Positions 10,137 to 20,449 of a stretch of 64,000 bases of DNA are shown here, one piece after another. The translations under genes and the position numbers were made by a program. The stretch's first letter is position 1, and each line of letters opens with the position of its first letter. The notes beneath the pieces are model-generated. The model worked only from the letters and a program-made list of their open reading frames with translations, was not told the origin of the DNA and did not search any database. The stretch is from a virus (lineage: Duplodnaviria > Heunggongvirae > Uroviricota > Caudoviricetes): IMG/VR virus record IMGVR_UViG_2690316068_000002. One strand, 5' to 3'.

Positions 10137-11012
10137 TTAAATTTTTACATTGGTCAGTGCAGCGATAGCCTTATCGTGCTTATTCGCCAGAGAGCAGTAC
10201 CACTTCACACGGGTACGTACTGCGTCTTTGTTCTGTACAGTACCAATGTTTTCAACAACGATACCTGCGTTATCGCCGCCATACAGACCAGTAACGCCGT
10301 TCTCTTCTGACAGATGCAAGCAGTAGATGCTTGCTTTGCCAGCATCGGTCGGGATGAAGTCGTTGATGATGAACGGAACGCCGTTATGACACAGCATCGG
10401 ACGACCGAAGTTCTCCATCATGATTTCAGACGGACCTACATTTACTGTACGCAGCAGCGCACGGTAAGCACGAAGGTGCTCTGAACGCATCATGATGCAG
10501 TCAGCACCAAGATCTTTCACCGCATCGACCAGTTCGTCGAACATAGAGAAAGTCATAGATGCACCGGCGATATCGATCTTCTGATCTGCGTGCATCAGGC
10601 GTGGAATACCGTCGAACGCTTTGTTGTTGGAGCTGGAGTCACCCAAAATCAGGTTGCGGCGGAACGCACGAGCCAGACCTTTAACTTTCTGACGAACCTG
10701 AATAGCCAACTGGTTATTGGTGTCGGCCATAGTGGTTGCCAGGAATTTATCAACGTCTACGTCACCAGCCAGAATACGCAGTTTCGCAACGCATTCTTCG
10801 AAGGTTGCTGCACCTTCAGGGATGGTGTCGTTAACGTCGATGAAGGTAGCTTCACTCAGCGTTTTTTCACGGTTGTACAGATATGCCTTTGAATTAATTT
10901 TCATAAAAGGCAGGATGGCAAACAGGTCATCGCGATCGATGATAGTTTCGATCACACCCTGTTCAAGTTCGTTGTTAGATAGCTTTTCAGCTTCTTCACG
11001 CAGTAATGGCAT
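10137..11012 (-). CDS. Major capsid protein (positional)
   Basis: 291 aa, strong codon usage, between scaffold-like and decoration genes; no motif-level proof of fold. Confidence 0.6.
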   Translation of the reverse strand: MPLLREEAEKLSNNELEQGVIETIIDRDDLFAILPFMKINSKAYLYNREKTLSEATFIDVNDTIPEGAATFEECVAKLRILAGDVDVDKFLATTMADTNNQLAIQVRQKVKGLARAFRRNLILGDSSSNNKAFDGIPRLMHADQKIDIAGASMTFSMFDELVDAVKDLGADCIMMRSEHLRAYRALLRTVNVGPSEIMMENFGRPMLCHNGVPFIINDFIPTDAGKASIYCLHLSEENGVTGLYGGDNAGIVVENIGTVQNKDAVRTRVKWYCSLANKHDKAIAALTNVKI

Positions 11013-11037
11013 CTATCAATTCCCTTTGATTTAGATG

Positions 11038-11925
11038 TTACTTAAGTCCAATTTTCCCCAGACCGGAGGCCAACTTATCCATAGTCGACTTGTTCTTCGG
11101 TTGGGATATTGTGTAGGTCGATTTGGAATGTGAGCCTACACCCTGCTTGGCTTCGCTACGCATCAATGCGTCAGCTTCCGGATCTGCCCGCACAATGCGT
11201 TCAATCGCGGATTCAAACGGCAACGGCTTACCTTCACCGTCAACCAGAACAGCTCGTTCTTTGTGACCTGCCGGTTTGTCATAACCCACTACGCTACCGT
11301 CTTCACCCACTTCAAAATGAGAACCGTAGATCACGCGGGCTTTTGCCGGGGTCATCAGAACTTTGTCACGTAGGAAGAGAGAGTTACTGAAGGAAGCGCC
11401 CACGGTCATCTCGACTAATTGAGATTTCAGTGATGCGTTTTCACTTTCCAGTGCTGCATAACGTTCGTCACGCTGTGCCAGCTCTGCCTGGTGTGCTTCG
11501 ATCATCTGTTTTTTAACAGCATCGAACTCACCACGACGCTCCAGTTCAGCTTGCTCCGCCTCACGACGTGCGTTTTCTGCGGCCTGTTCAGCTTCTAAAA
11601 GCTGGCGAGCACGAGCCGGATCGATATCACCGTACTGAGCAAGCTGATCGGCCAATGTGCGCTCTTTCTCTTTGCGCTTCATGTTCTCCTTCAGCAGTTC
11701 AGCACCAGCTTTCTTGGTTTTACGAAGTTCGGCCAGTAACTCTTCCTGAGTCATGCCAGCGTATTCGTCATCGCCCTTCGGCTGCTCTTTTTGTTCACCC
11801 TGTTTGTCAGGATCTTGTGTACTCTGCTCATTATCAGCAGCTACACCGCCAGCGCCTCCACGCTCATGCGCTTCAGCGACATCCATCAGACCACGACGGG
11901 CCAAAAGCATTTGCCACAGATTCAT
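11038..11925 (-). CDS. Scaffolding protein
   Basis: 295 aa, highly charged coiled-coil-type composition (EAEQAAENARREAEQAELERR...), between portal and capsid genes. Confidence 0.6.
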   Translation of the reverse strand: MNLWQMLLARRGLMDVAEAHERGGAGGVAADNEQSTQDPDKQGEQKEQPKGDDEYAGMTQEELLAELRKTKKAGAELLKENMKRKEKERTLADQLAQYGDIDPARARQLLEAEQAAENARREAEQAELERRGEFDAVKKQMIEAHQAELAQRDERYAALESENASLKSQLVEMTVGASFSNSLFLRDKVLMTPAKARVIYGSHFEVGEDGSVVGYDKPAGHKERAVLVDGEGKPLPFESAIERIVRADPEADALMRSEAKQGVGSHSKSTYTISQPKNKSTMDKLASGLGKIGLK

Positions 11926-11946
11926 AAAAATTCCTTTTGTTACTTA

Positions 11947-13521
11947 TCACTCGTTCTCTTGAGTAGATGAGTCCCCATTCCCTCGGGGTTGATCTTGCCC
12001 GCTTTCTTGGGCTGCACCACGATCATAAGTAAGTACTGACTTATTTTCAAGGGTATTTAGATCATTTTTTGGAGGAAAATTCAAGAGATCTTTATCAAAT
12101 TCCTTTTTCATCGCCTCAGTAATGTTCGGGAAAATCTTCTCAATAAGCATTTCCATCTGGTGACGACGTACAGAGTCCGGTGCCTGAAGTAATGACAGTT
12201 TCTCGGCAACAGAAAATTCATCAGTAAGGCCACGAATATCGAAACTTTCTGGATACGCAATTAAAGAGTGGTCTTCGTCCAGATCTACCCCCATCCATTT
12301 CGCAACCAGTAGCATGATTTGGCGTTCAGCCCTTTCCAGACGCTCTGCTTTTGTGACAAGCAAGCTATTTACACGCTGGAAGTCATACATTTTTGCGGCA
12401 CCAGATGAATTATCGATTCCCTGTGCGTTGTCCTGCTTCGTTCGCTCACCAGCTACACCAACTGAATGGTAGATTTCGTTAATCACCGTCTTAATCGTAG
12501 TGATGATCATCTGAGCTTGTTTCGGGTCTGGTGACAGATAAAACGGCTGGTTTCCACCTTCAGAATCGTAGGTGAAGACTCGCTTTGTGCCCATTTCAAG
12601 CACTTTAGTGTGGTTTTCATCACCAGGTAAAAGCGACTGTACCGGTATAGCCAACTGGCTAAATGTCTGATCCTGAATAATGGCATCAAGGTTTGACAGA
12701 TAGTTTGCAACCGCACGATCAAGATAAGCGATATCATCGATCAACGATGGGCTGAAATACGGTGATTCACTTTCTCCAATACAATCAACAGGAAACACAG
12801 GAACTACGCCGAGATTATGCGCGCCGCTGTCCTCTAAAATAACTTTTGCCTGACGACGACCTGCTCCACCAGCCCCCTTCTTCACTTCCTCACGGAACAG
12901 ATACCACTCGTTTTGTGTCCACAGACGATAACGTTGGTATTCCTGACCTGTAGAAGTAAAAGGATCTGCGTCATCGCGAGCGACTTCCACAATTAACGCC
13001 CATAACATATTCCCGTCGTCGTCCCATGCCACATCCAGCATTTGCTGAGGTGAAATCCAGTAGGCGTAGGCGCGAGCATCTTTCTTTTTCTCGTCAGCTA
13101 CTGACTCAACATCACCACTCATCGTGCTATCGACAACAACCCATATGCGACCGTAAATAGACGACTGCAAATCAATAGCGGCCATAAATGAGTCAATAGA
13201 GGCATTCTGGCGAGTCGCACGTTTCCAGAAATTGCGGATCTGCTCTGGTGCCTCTTCGATATTTCTATGAATGTCTTCTTTAAAGAGATATTTGTTGATG
13301 AGGTTTACCACCTCACGAGTGTGGTTGAAGCGATAAGCACGCTCAACTCGCTCCTTAAACTCCTGATCTCCCTCTTTAAAGTAACGAAAGATATTGTCTG
13401 TAAACCAACCACGCCCGCCAGCGTAAGTGCTGGCGAGGAAGTCCCAATGTTCTTTTTTCTTTTCGTATTCCGGGTGGCGTCGCGCCACCAGATCCTTAAT
13501 TTGTTTGTCGTTCAATTCCAT
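11947..13521 (-). CDS. Portal protein
   Basis: 524 aa, immediately downstream of large terminase and upstream of scaffold; acidic C-terminus. Confidence 0.7.
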   Translation of the reverse strand: MELNDKQIKDLVARRHPEYEKKKEHWDFLASTYAGGRGWFTDNIFRYFKEGDQEFKERVERAYRFNHTREVVNLINKYLFKEDIHRNIEEAPEQIRNFWKRATRQNASIDSFMAAIDLQSSIYGRIWVVVDSTMSGDVESVADEKKKDARAYAYWISPQQMLDVAWDDDGNMLWALIVEVARDDADPFTSTGQEYQRYRLWTQNEWYLFREEVKKGAGGAGRRQAKVILEDSGAHNLGVVPVFPVDCIGESESPYFSPSLIDDIAYLDRAVANYLSNLDAIIQDQTFSQLAIPVQSLLPGDENHTKVLEMGTKRVFTYDSEGGNQPFYLSPDPKQAQMIITTIKTVINEIYHSVGVAGERTKQDNAQGIDNSSGAAKMYDFQRVNSLLVTKAERLERAERQIMLLVAKWMGVDLDEDHSLIAYPESFDIRGLTDEFSVAEKLSLLQAPDSVRRHQMEMLIEKIFPNITEAMKKEFDKDLLNFPPKNDLNTLENKSVLTYDRGAAQESGQDQPRGNGDSSTQENE

Positions 13522-13547
13522 TTGAATAACCTTAGATAATTACTTAC

Positions 13548-14804
13548 CTATCTAGAACCACCAAGAATAACACGGTTTTTGACTGGATACCTACGATGTA
13601 CTGGATAGCCCAATGCGTCTGCACTATGCTCAATGCCACCTGTCTTATCCATATCTCGTGTTCCAGGCTTGTAGATGACTTTTTCCAATGAATCAATCAA
13701 ATGCTTGCACTTCGGATCGATATACAGCCGGATATCTCCAGATGCGGTCATCAGCATTCGGTTAACAGCATTAACACGATCCGCAATTGGCGGGTGCTTT
13801 TTCGAATAATCGACACGTAAGAATCCCTTCTCTTTGAATATGTCGACGTCAGACTCCCCGCGAGCATGTTGGCGATAAGCACCTGCCGGATCTGGAAATA
13901 CCGTTATCTGTGATTTCCAGCGCCAGAAGCGTCTCTCAAGCTCATCACAAACCTCTGCCGTGTTAGAGGAAAAGAGCACCAATTCATCAATTGCCCATAG
14001 CTCACCATTTGGCTGAGGTTGCAAAATTACTGAAGACATCGGGTCAATGTTGAAGTCCTGCCCTACCCATATAGGCAACCGAGGGTTGAACTGAAGCGGT
14101 TTTACATGCACGTTACGATCGAACGGGTAGTAAACGCGCCCGGACATGTTCTCAAAGCTCGCCAGGTACTCCTGAGCGAACGATTTCGGGTCCATATCGT
14201 TCTTAGCAGCTTCAATTTCCGCCGTAGGCACAAACGGAGAATCAGCAGTTACAAACTGCCAGCTCTTCCACTGTCCCTTTCTTTGCAGCTCTACGTTCTG
14301 GCCTATAGTCCACAGTTTGTGAAATTCCGAGAAGCCTTTTGGCGTACCAATGATCAGTGCACCGCCGCGTGTCGATGAAAGAGTAGGTCGTAACACCTTG
14401 TACCAAGTGTCAGCCTTCATATCCTGAAATTCATCAAGCACTACAAAATGCAACGCTACGCCGCGCAGAGTGTCAGGCTTATCAGCACCTTTGAGGGCGA
14501 TCTCCGAACCGTTCTTCAACACGATTGTCATCGTGGTGTCGTTCTTTTTCCTAACCCACTTACGAGGCAGAACTTCCTGTAGATCGTCCCACAAAATCTG
14601 GCGAGCCATCTGGTAAGTAGGAGCGACATACCAGACCCTTTGCTTTTTTTCCTTTGCCGCCGCACGAATAATAGTGGAGATCGACAACCGGGATTTTCCC
14701 CAGCGTCGACCAGCACAAACAACTTTAAATCGATGCGGAGACTGGAAGACTTTCATCTGTCCAGAATGCAGTTGCACAAGACTGAGCGAGGACGGGATTG
14801 CCAT
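13548..14804 (-). CDS. Terminase large subunit
   Basis: 418 aa; Walker A (CAGRRWGKS), Walker B (HFVVLDEFQD), C-terminal nuclease-type acidic motifs (WVGQDFNIDP). Confidence 0.85.
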   Translation of the reverse strand: MAIPSSLSLVQLHSGQMKVFQSPHRFKVVCAGRRWGKSRLSISTIIRAAAKEKKQRVWYVAPTYQMARQILWDDLQEVLPRKWVRKKNDTTMTIVLKNGSEIALKGADKPDTLRGVALHFVVLDEFQDMKADTWYKVLRPTLSSTRGGALIIGTPKGFSEFHKLWTIGQNVELQRKGQWKSWQFVTADSPFVPTAEIEAAKNDMDPKSFAQEYLASFENMSGRVYYPFDRNVHVKPLQFNPRLPIWVGQDFNIDPMSSVILQPQPNGELWAIDELVLFSSNTAEVCDELERRFWRWKSQITVFPDPAGAYRQHARGESDVDIFKEKGFLRVDYSKKHPPIADRVNAVNRMLMTASGDIRLYIDPKCKHLIDSLEKVIYKPGTRDMDKTGGIEHSADALGYPVHRRYPVKNRVILGGSR

Positions 14805-15436
14805 TATTCGTCCTCCCCTTCACTTCCATCATCTGTCGCGTCAAATTCGCTTAGAGCTTCTTCTTCCAACGTCTCAAGCAATTCGTCATCGATGATTTCA
14901 GGCTCGTCGTCTTCCTGACGTAATTTCGCCACCTGGGAAGGCGTAAGCTCACCAAATACCAGGTTCGGAATTTCTTCCTCGTCATTTTCCGCATGATCCA
15001 TGCCCAATGCTTTGGACGAAACTTCAAAGCATTTTGCAAGGGTATTACTGGCTCTCTGTAAGCTCTTGAGAGAATCCTCAATCGCCCCTAAAGGCTTACC
15101 CTCACGTTTGGCCGTAGTGACTTCGACCATCACCATCTGCCCCAACGCATACGCCCAGCCGTCATAACGTGTACGACGTTCTTCTATCTTTTCCGCACGG
15201 GCTTTAGCGCGAAGCTCTGCGTCAGATTTAAGAGACTCACGAACCATCTTCCCAACAGAGTCCGCGCCTTTCTCTAATCCTCGCTTTTTGAAATGTCTGG
15301 AGAGTGTTTCACGACGAATGCCGTACTCTTCCTCCAGCTTTGAGAGTGTATATTCGCCTGACGTCCATTTGGCTTCAGCTTCGGCCCACTCCGCTGGTGT
15401 CAGGCGAGTTTTTACCTCGTCTTTTTCGACCGTCAT
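14804..15436 (-). CDS. Terminase small subunit (putative)
   Basis: 210 aa immediately upstream of and abutting terL; N-terminal HTH-like region, acidic C-terminal tail. Confidence 0.5.
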   Translation of the reverse strand: MTVEKDEVKTRLTPAEWAEAEAKWTSGEYTLSKLEEEYGIRRETLSRHFKKRGLEKGADSVGKMVRESLKSDAELRAKARAEKIEERRTRYDGWAYALGQMVMVEVTTAKREGKPLGAIEDSLKSLQRASNTLAKCFEVSSKALGMDHAENDEEEIPNLVFGELTPSQVAKLRQEDDEPEIIDDELLETLEEEALSEFDATDDGSEGEDE

Positions 15437-15550
15437 AGATCCCTCTAAAACACACAGAGCGCGTCCATGCGCTCTAAAACAACTTGTTTACTGCATCTGC
15501 TAACCAACTTGTTTTCTGGGTTGTTTAATTAGGTCTGGCATGTCTTACGA

Positions 15551-15609
15551 AGCCTGCTTCCGTATATATTTAATAAGTTACTTATTATTTATATATACAG
15601 AAGCAGGTC
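15551..15609. repeat. 59-bp AT-rich palindromic element, copy 1
   Basis: agcctgcttccgtatatat...atatatacagaagcaggtct; 19-bp stem around an AT-rich centre; a second near-identical copy lies at 47941-47999. Confidence 0.8.
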
Positions 15610-15631
15610 TTTAAATAAGCTCCCAGACCGA

Positions 15632-15898
15632 TTACATCACCAGTAACTTCGCTTTGGCTCGACCTAAAGTGGTTAACCCAAGAGTTCGGCGGTGATAGCG
15701 ATTGTCACTGCGTTGGCGCGTATGCCCTTTCTCCACCAGCCCCTTTTTTATCAGAGCGCGAATTGAGAACTGGATACTTTGCTTGGTTGTCTTGTACGGC
15801 AAAACTTCAAGCAATTCGTCCAGGTCAAGTAGATGACCTCGCTCATAACCGAGATTGAGCGTTTTGATGATGTCCTTTTGTTTATCGGTTAACGTCAT
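15632..15898 (-). CDS. Small winged-helix-type DNA-binding protein (putative)
   Basis: 88 aa, basic C-terminus; weak HTH resemblance. Confidence 0.35.
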   Translation of the reverse strand: MTLTDKQKDIIKTLNLGYERGHLLDLDELLEVLPYKTTKQSIQFSIRALIKKGLVEKGHTRQRSDNRYHRRTLGLTTLGRAKAKLLVM

Positions 15899-15907
15899 GG
15901 CAAATCC

Positions 15908-16798
15908 TTATGCCGGTAAAGCAATTTCTAACGGTTTATCCAAAGGTTGTTTGTCGAATGCCAGCAGTGGCAGCGTGTCAGGCAGTCGACGGCCAAAGTC
16001 AGGGTTTCGGTACACACCATACAACGGAGACGTAAAGCTCAGGTTGTGAATGTCCTTGAGCAGCTTCACAATGCTGGCCTCGTCCACCAGACTGTCGGCA
16101 ATGTCCTGAATCGTCGTGCCACGATTCCGCCCAGCTTTTGCCAGGGAACTGTTCTTGTGGTAGTCCGCTACCAGATCACGCAGTGCACGGCGACGACGAG
16201 ACTCGCTCATTGCGAACAACTCTTTGACGATCGCCTCGTTATCACCCGGGTCGGAACGGAAATGGCGCTGGAATACACGCAGTGCACTTTCATAGCTCTT
16301 CGGTCGCTCAGGGCGGATGAACTTAAACCCTGCTTTCATGGCGAAGGGATTGTATTTGCTCATCGAGGACTGGATCTCAATGATTGGCCGGTCATGCATC
16401 CTGCTAACCAGGTTAATCATTCGATAAGAGACGCCTACGCCACGATACTGAGTATCCACAACTGAGCGACTGATCACCGCAAAGTTGTTATTCACGTACC
16501 GACCCCAGTACTGGTTAGCCACGGTGGTATTAGTGGTTGGTTTCAACTTAGGAAACATGCGGTGGCGAGGTGCCAGCAGTAGTTTCGGGTAAGCCATAAC
16601 CACGACGCCCACCAGACGGTCATCAAGTTCGCAGCGATAGTAAGTTGGCGCGAAAGGTTTGCCGTCTGTTTTGTAGTGAAGCGACTTAAGAGCGTGCCAG
16701 TCCTCTACAGTTCCCTTTGTGACAGTCATTCGCTCCAGAAAGTCCAGATGACGCGGAAACTCTTCAGGGCGGTAGCGTTTAATGATGATGTCCGTCAT
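15908..16798 (-). CDS. GNAT-fold acetyltransferase-like protein (tentative)
   Basis: 296 aa; candidate acetyl-CoA motif R-x-x-G-x-G (YRGVGVSYRMINLV) in a beta-strand-rich context; stop overlaps start of downstream ABC ATPase gene. Confidence 0.4.
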   Translation of the reverse strand: MTDIIIKRYRPEEFPRHLDFLERMTVTKGTVEDWHALKSLHYKTDGKPFAPTYYRCELDDRLVGVVVMAYPKLLLAPRHRMFPKLKPTTNTTVANQYWGRYVNNNFAVISRSVVDTQYRGVGVSYRMINLVSRMHDRPIIEIQSSMSKYNPFAMKAGFKFIRPERPKSYESALRVFQRHFRSDPGDNEAIVKELFAMSESRRRRALRDLVADYHKNSSLAKAGRNRGTTIQDIADSLVDEASIVKLLKDIHNLSFTSPLYGVYRNPDFGRRLPDTLPLLAFDKQPLDKPLEIALPA

Positions 16799-17460
16799 AA
16801 ATGAACCTCATCATGACTACCATTGTGATATTCCACCTTCACGCGTTCTTTGTAGTGCTTGGTGATCTGCATATCCGGGCGCAGCGCGTTCTTCAGGTCT
16901 TCGTGAGTCGTCGCCACCATTACCGTCGCACCAACCTTTCGAGCGGCACGCTGGAGGTTAGATGCCACAACCTGAGCGGTTACACGGTCTAGAACAGCAC
17001 CGAACTCGTCAGCAGCCCACACTTTAGCGCCTGACTCAATCAGTTTGGCAATCTTGAGACGATATTTCTGACCGTCTGACATTTCAGAAGGCTTGCGAAC
17101 AAACAGATATGCATCGTTCAGACCAGCCATAGATAACAACCCAAGCGCATCGCTGGTCGTTTTGCCCAACTGATCGATGACGTTAACCTCATTATCGAAG
17201 GTAAAATCATCGATGGAGGCTACAGACAGCCCTTCATCCTTCATCTGTCGTTGCAACTCGCGCAGCACAACGGATTTGCCGGAACCGGATTGGCCGGTGA
17301 TGTACACCACATCGCCCTGCTTCACTTCCAGCTCCAGATTGTCGTAAAGCGTCCACTCTTTTTCGTCCAGGCCAAGCCCGAACGACTCAGCGATTTCCAA
17401 CGTGCGCGTGGTTTTATTTACGCGTGTCTGAAACGATACGTTGATGATGTATTTGCTCAT
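16795..17460 (-). CDS. Stand-alone ABC-type ATPase
   Basis: 221 aa; Walker A GQSGSGKS, ABC signature-like SDGQKYRL, Walker B VWAADEF, H-loop TTHED. Confidence 0.7.
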   Translation of the reverse strand: MSKYIINVSFQTRVNKTTRTLEIAESFGLGLDEKEWTLYDNLELEVKQGDVVYITGQSGSGKSVVLRELQRQMKDEGLSVASIDDFTFDNEVNVIDQLGKTTSDALGLLSMAGLNDAYLFVRKPSEMSDGQKYRLKIAKLIESGAKVWAADEFGAVLDRVTAQVVASNLQRAARKVGATVMVATTHEDLKNALRPDMQITKHYKERVKVEYHNGSHDEVHL

Positions 17461-18158
17461 GCAGCCATCTCCCCGGAAGAGATCTTCTCCGCATATGCCA
17501 CAAATGCGTCTACCCCGCTTTCTCCCGTCATTTCTTCCATGTGGGCAAGCAAATCACCAACAACAATGGCAGAGCCAGCAGGAAGCGTTTTAAAGCCCAA
17601 TACGTCGACAACACGTACTTCTTCCGCTGCAACTTCACGACTGATCTCGGTGTGTTCATCCTTCTGTCGTTTAGTTTCTTCGCCAAGATCGATAACTAGC
17701 GAGTCGGTGTCCATTTCTTCTGTCATGCTGCCAACGAGAACATTCAACTCACGCTCTTCAAAGCCGAAAACCTCGATATCGTCCAGAACAAGCGACTCAA
17801 GCTCTTTCTGTAGCTTAATTGCATCGTAATCAATGCTGGCAAGTCGGTTATCTTCAAGGCGCTTCGCACGAACCTCGTCATCACTGAGATCATCGCGAAC
17901 AATAACCGGTACGCGCTCAAGTCCAGCAAAAATTGCAGCCTCACGGCGGCCGTGGCCAGTAATAATTACGTCGTTCTTATCGACCGTAATTGGCTGGTCA
18001 AATCCGCGCTTTTTAATGGCTGCGGCTAGATCTCGGATCTGCTGTTCATCATGCTTTTTGGCATTCATCTCATAGGGAATAAGATCTGCCGGGTCGCGAT
18101 ATACGATTTCAAACTTTTTGGTCATTACATACGCTCCTTGTAGTAGTCGACCAGCCAC
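17457..18158 (-). CDS. ParB N-terminal domain (ParB/Srx-like) protein
   Basis: 233 aa; ParB-type motif ITGHGRREAA; acidic C-terminal half. Confidence 0.6.
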   Translation of the reverse strand: MAGRLLQGAYVMTKKFEIVYRDPADLIPYEMNAKKHDEQQIRDLAAAIKKRGFDQPITVDKNDVIITGHGRREAAIFAGLERVPVIVRDDLSDDEVRAKRLEDNRLASIDYDAIKLQKELESLVLDDIEVFGFEERELNVLVGSMTEEMDTDSLVIDLGEETKRQKDEHTEISREVAAEEVRVVDVLGFKTLPAGSAIVVGDLLAHMEEMTGESGVDAFVAYAEKISSGEMAA

Positions 18159-18823
18159 ACCAGAGCCTCACCAGCGTTCTCCATTTCATTACCGGTGTTA
18201 ATAGCCTGCTCTTTGATGATGTTTTTTATGGTTTCTGCAACACGATCTGACGCATCGAAAGTTACTTTGAAGCGCATGGTCTGATGTTCCGCCCCCACAC
18301 GTTCGGTTTTCTCTCGTTTGTCGGTATCGACAGGCTCATCACTACCACGAGACAACGCCTCCAGTGCTTCAAGGTCGATTGCCGCCTCTTTTGCTAAAAC
18401 CATCGAGATTTCGTCGTCATACGGGGCGATTTCAGACAGTTGATAGTCAAGTTCTGACTGAATTTCTTCAATGAAGCGTTGCAATGCGATTTGGTCGTCT
18501 TCACCGTATCGCTCGTTGTCCACCAGTGACATCTGTTTAGCTACGACATCGCTAATTTTGCCCACAGAAAGCACCGGAACCGTTGAAATTCCTTGCTCAA
18601 TAGCAGCACGCCAGCGATGTTCGCCGCCGAGGATTTCAAAAAATCCATCTTCAAGTTCACGAGCCAAAATTGGCTTAAAAAAGCCCAATTTTTCGATAGA
18701 ACCTTTCAGTTTTTCAAAATTCTGCGCACCAACCGAATTGGTGTTCCAGGTATTCGGGCGAAGGTTGGCAACATCAACCTGCAAAATCGTGATTTTTACA
18801 TCCATTTTATTGCTACAATCCAC
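18125..18823 (-). CDS. ParB-like nuclease domain protein
   Basis: 232 aa; ParB-box-like ILGGEHRWRAA. Confidence 0.55.
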   Translation of the reverse strand: MDCSNKMDVKITILQVDVANLRPNTWNTNSVGAQNFEKLKGSIEKLGFFKPILARELEDGFFEILGGEHRWRAAIEQGISTVPVLSVGKISDVVAKQMSLVDNERYGEDDQIALQRFIEEIQSELDYQLSEIAPYDDEISMVLAKEAAIDLEALEALSRGSDEPVDTDKREKTERVGAEHQTMRFKVTFDASDRVAETIKNIIKEQAINTGNEMENAGEALVWLVDYYKERM

Positions 18824-18887
18824 TAAGTAATCACTTACTTATTATAATAGCCAAATAACATACAAAAGGCACTAAGGAAAGAGGTTT

Positions 18888-20447
18888 ATGACTGTTCGGA
18901 TTGTATCTAACGCAGTAAATGCGCTTATTTCTGGCGCAGATGACAAGGTAAAGCAACTGGTGCAGCAAATGTTGAGCTACGAAGTCGAGACTGGCGACTG
19001 GAAGGGCACAAGCACGATGTTCAACTGGAGTAAAAACTCGTTCCCTGCTGGCTTTGCCAAGCCTGTAGCGGCGAACTTGAACAAGGCGGGCATCAAATGT
19101 GTTCATATCCGCAAAGACAAAGCCCCGGCGCTTGGTAAACCAAATCCGGCGGTTAACCCATTCCCATACAATCCTGATTATGCGTATCAGGATCAGACTG
19201 TGGAAACACTGGTTCGAGAGGGAATGATGATTGCGCAGATCGCTACTGGTGGCGGGAAATCTAATGTTGCCTGCAAAGCAGCTGCACGTATCGGTCGAAT
19301 GACATTATTTTTAACAACCCGCTCTGTTCTGATGTTTCAAATGGCCGAAAACTTCCAGAGATCCATCGACTACCGCGCCGAAAATGGCGAACCGTGGTTA
19401 AAGGGCCAAAAGGTTGGAGTCATTGGCTCGGGTGAGTTCCAGGTATCACGACATATCAACGTCGCTACAGTTCAAACTCTGGCAAGTTTCCTTGAAGAAC
19501 CACCACGCGATGCAACACCAGATAAAAAGAGCTACCACCTCAAACGTCGGGAGCTAGTGAAACGCTTCCTTTCAAGTGTGTCTCTGCTTATTCTGGAAGA
19601 AGCGCATGAGTCTTCAGGCTCTAATTTCTATGACATTGCCAGATTATGTGTGAACGCAGACTATCGTCTGGCGCTTACGGCCACGCCGTTCATGAAGGAT
19701 TCTACAGAAGCCAACATGCGTCTGATGGCTGTGGCCGGTCGAATTGAAATTAAAGTCACAGAAAAGTACCTGATTGATCGAGGCATTCTGGCAAAACCGT
19801 ACTTCCTTTATCATAAAGTTGCTTACAAGCCAGACGAGGTCAGAATCAAGGCGGAACTTGCCAACAAACACCTTAATTTTAGAGTAGGTATGAGCACAGC
19901 CTACCAAAAGGCTTATCAGTTGGGGATCGTGTATAATTTGGGACGTAACGAGGCCATTGTGCGCGAAGCATTGCTCTATAAGCAACATTCTCTCAATTGC
20001 ATGACTCTGGTTCGTCTTAAACGCCACGGGCAAATCCTGATGGAGATGATGAAAGAGTCCGGCCTTAGAGTTGACTTCATCTATGGGGAATCGAACCAGG
20101 CGACAAGGCAAGCAAAGCTGAACAGTTTAGCGTCTGGAGAAATAGATGTTTTAATAGGCTCGACTATTCTGGATGTCGGTGTTGATGTGCCAAGCGTGGG
20201 CGCGGTCATTCTTGCTGGTGGTGGGAAAGCAGAAGTTGAAATGAGGCAGCGTGTCGGTCGAGGCTTACGAGCCAAGAAGAATCAGGCAAACGTGTGTTTT
20301 ATCACTGATTTCATTGACATTAGCAACAAATACCTGTTGTCTCACTCTTATGAGCGAAAACACATCATCGACACCACACCTGGCTTTGCAGAAGGTGTAT
20401 TGCCTATTGATGGCGCATTCGATTTTGGAGTTCTGAAACGAGATTAG
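18888..20447 (+). CDS. SF2 (DEAD/DEAH-like) helicase
   Basis: 519 aa; Walker A TGGGKS, motif II LEEAH, motif III TATP, motif VI QRVGRGLR. Confidence 0.8.
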   Translation: MTVRIVSNAVNALISGADDKVKQLVQQMLSYEVETGDWKGTSTMFNWSKNSFPAGFAKPVAANLNKAGIKCVHIRKDKAPALGKPNPAVNPFPYNPDYAYQDQTVETLVREGMMIAQIATGGGKSNVACKAAARIGRMTLFLTTRSVLMFQMAENFQRSIDYRAENGEPWLKGQKVGVIGSGEFQVSRHINVATVQTLASFLEEPPRDATPDKKSYHLKRRELVKRFLSSVSLLILEEAHESSGSNFYDIARLCVNADYRLALTATPFMKDSTEANMRLMAVAGRIEIKVTEKYLIDRGILAKPYFLYHKVAYKPDEVRIKAELANKHLNFRVGMSTAYQKAYQLGIVYNLGRNEAIVREALLYKQHSLNCMTLVRLKRHGQILMEMMKESGLRVDFIYGESNQATRQAKLNSLASGEIDVLIGSTILDVGVDVPSVGAVILAGGGKAEVEMRQRVGRGLRAKKNQANVCFITDFIDISNKYLLSHSYERKHIIDTTPGFAEGVLPIDGAFDFGVLKRD

Positions 20448-20449
20448 TT

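Noticed and set aside
14528-15081. Small ORFs overlapping terL and terS on both strands
   Set aside because: They are nested inside well-supported terminase genes and have Arg/Ser-rich low-complexity translations.
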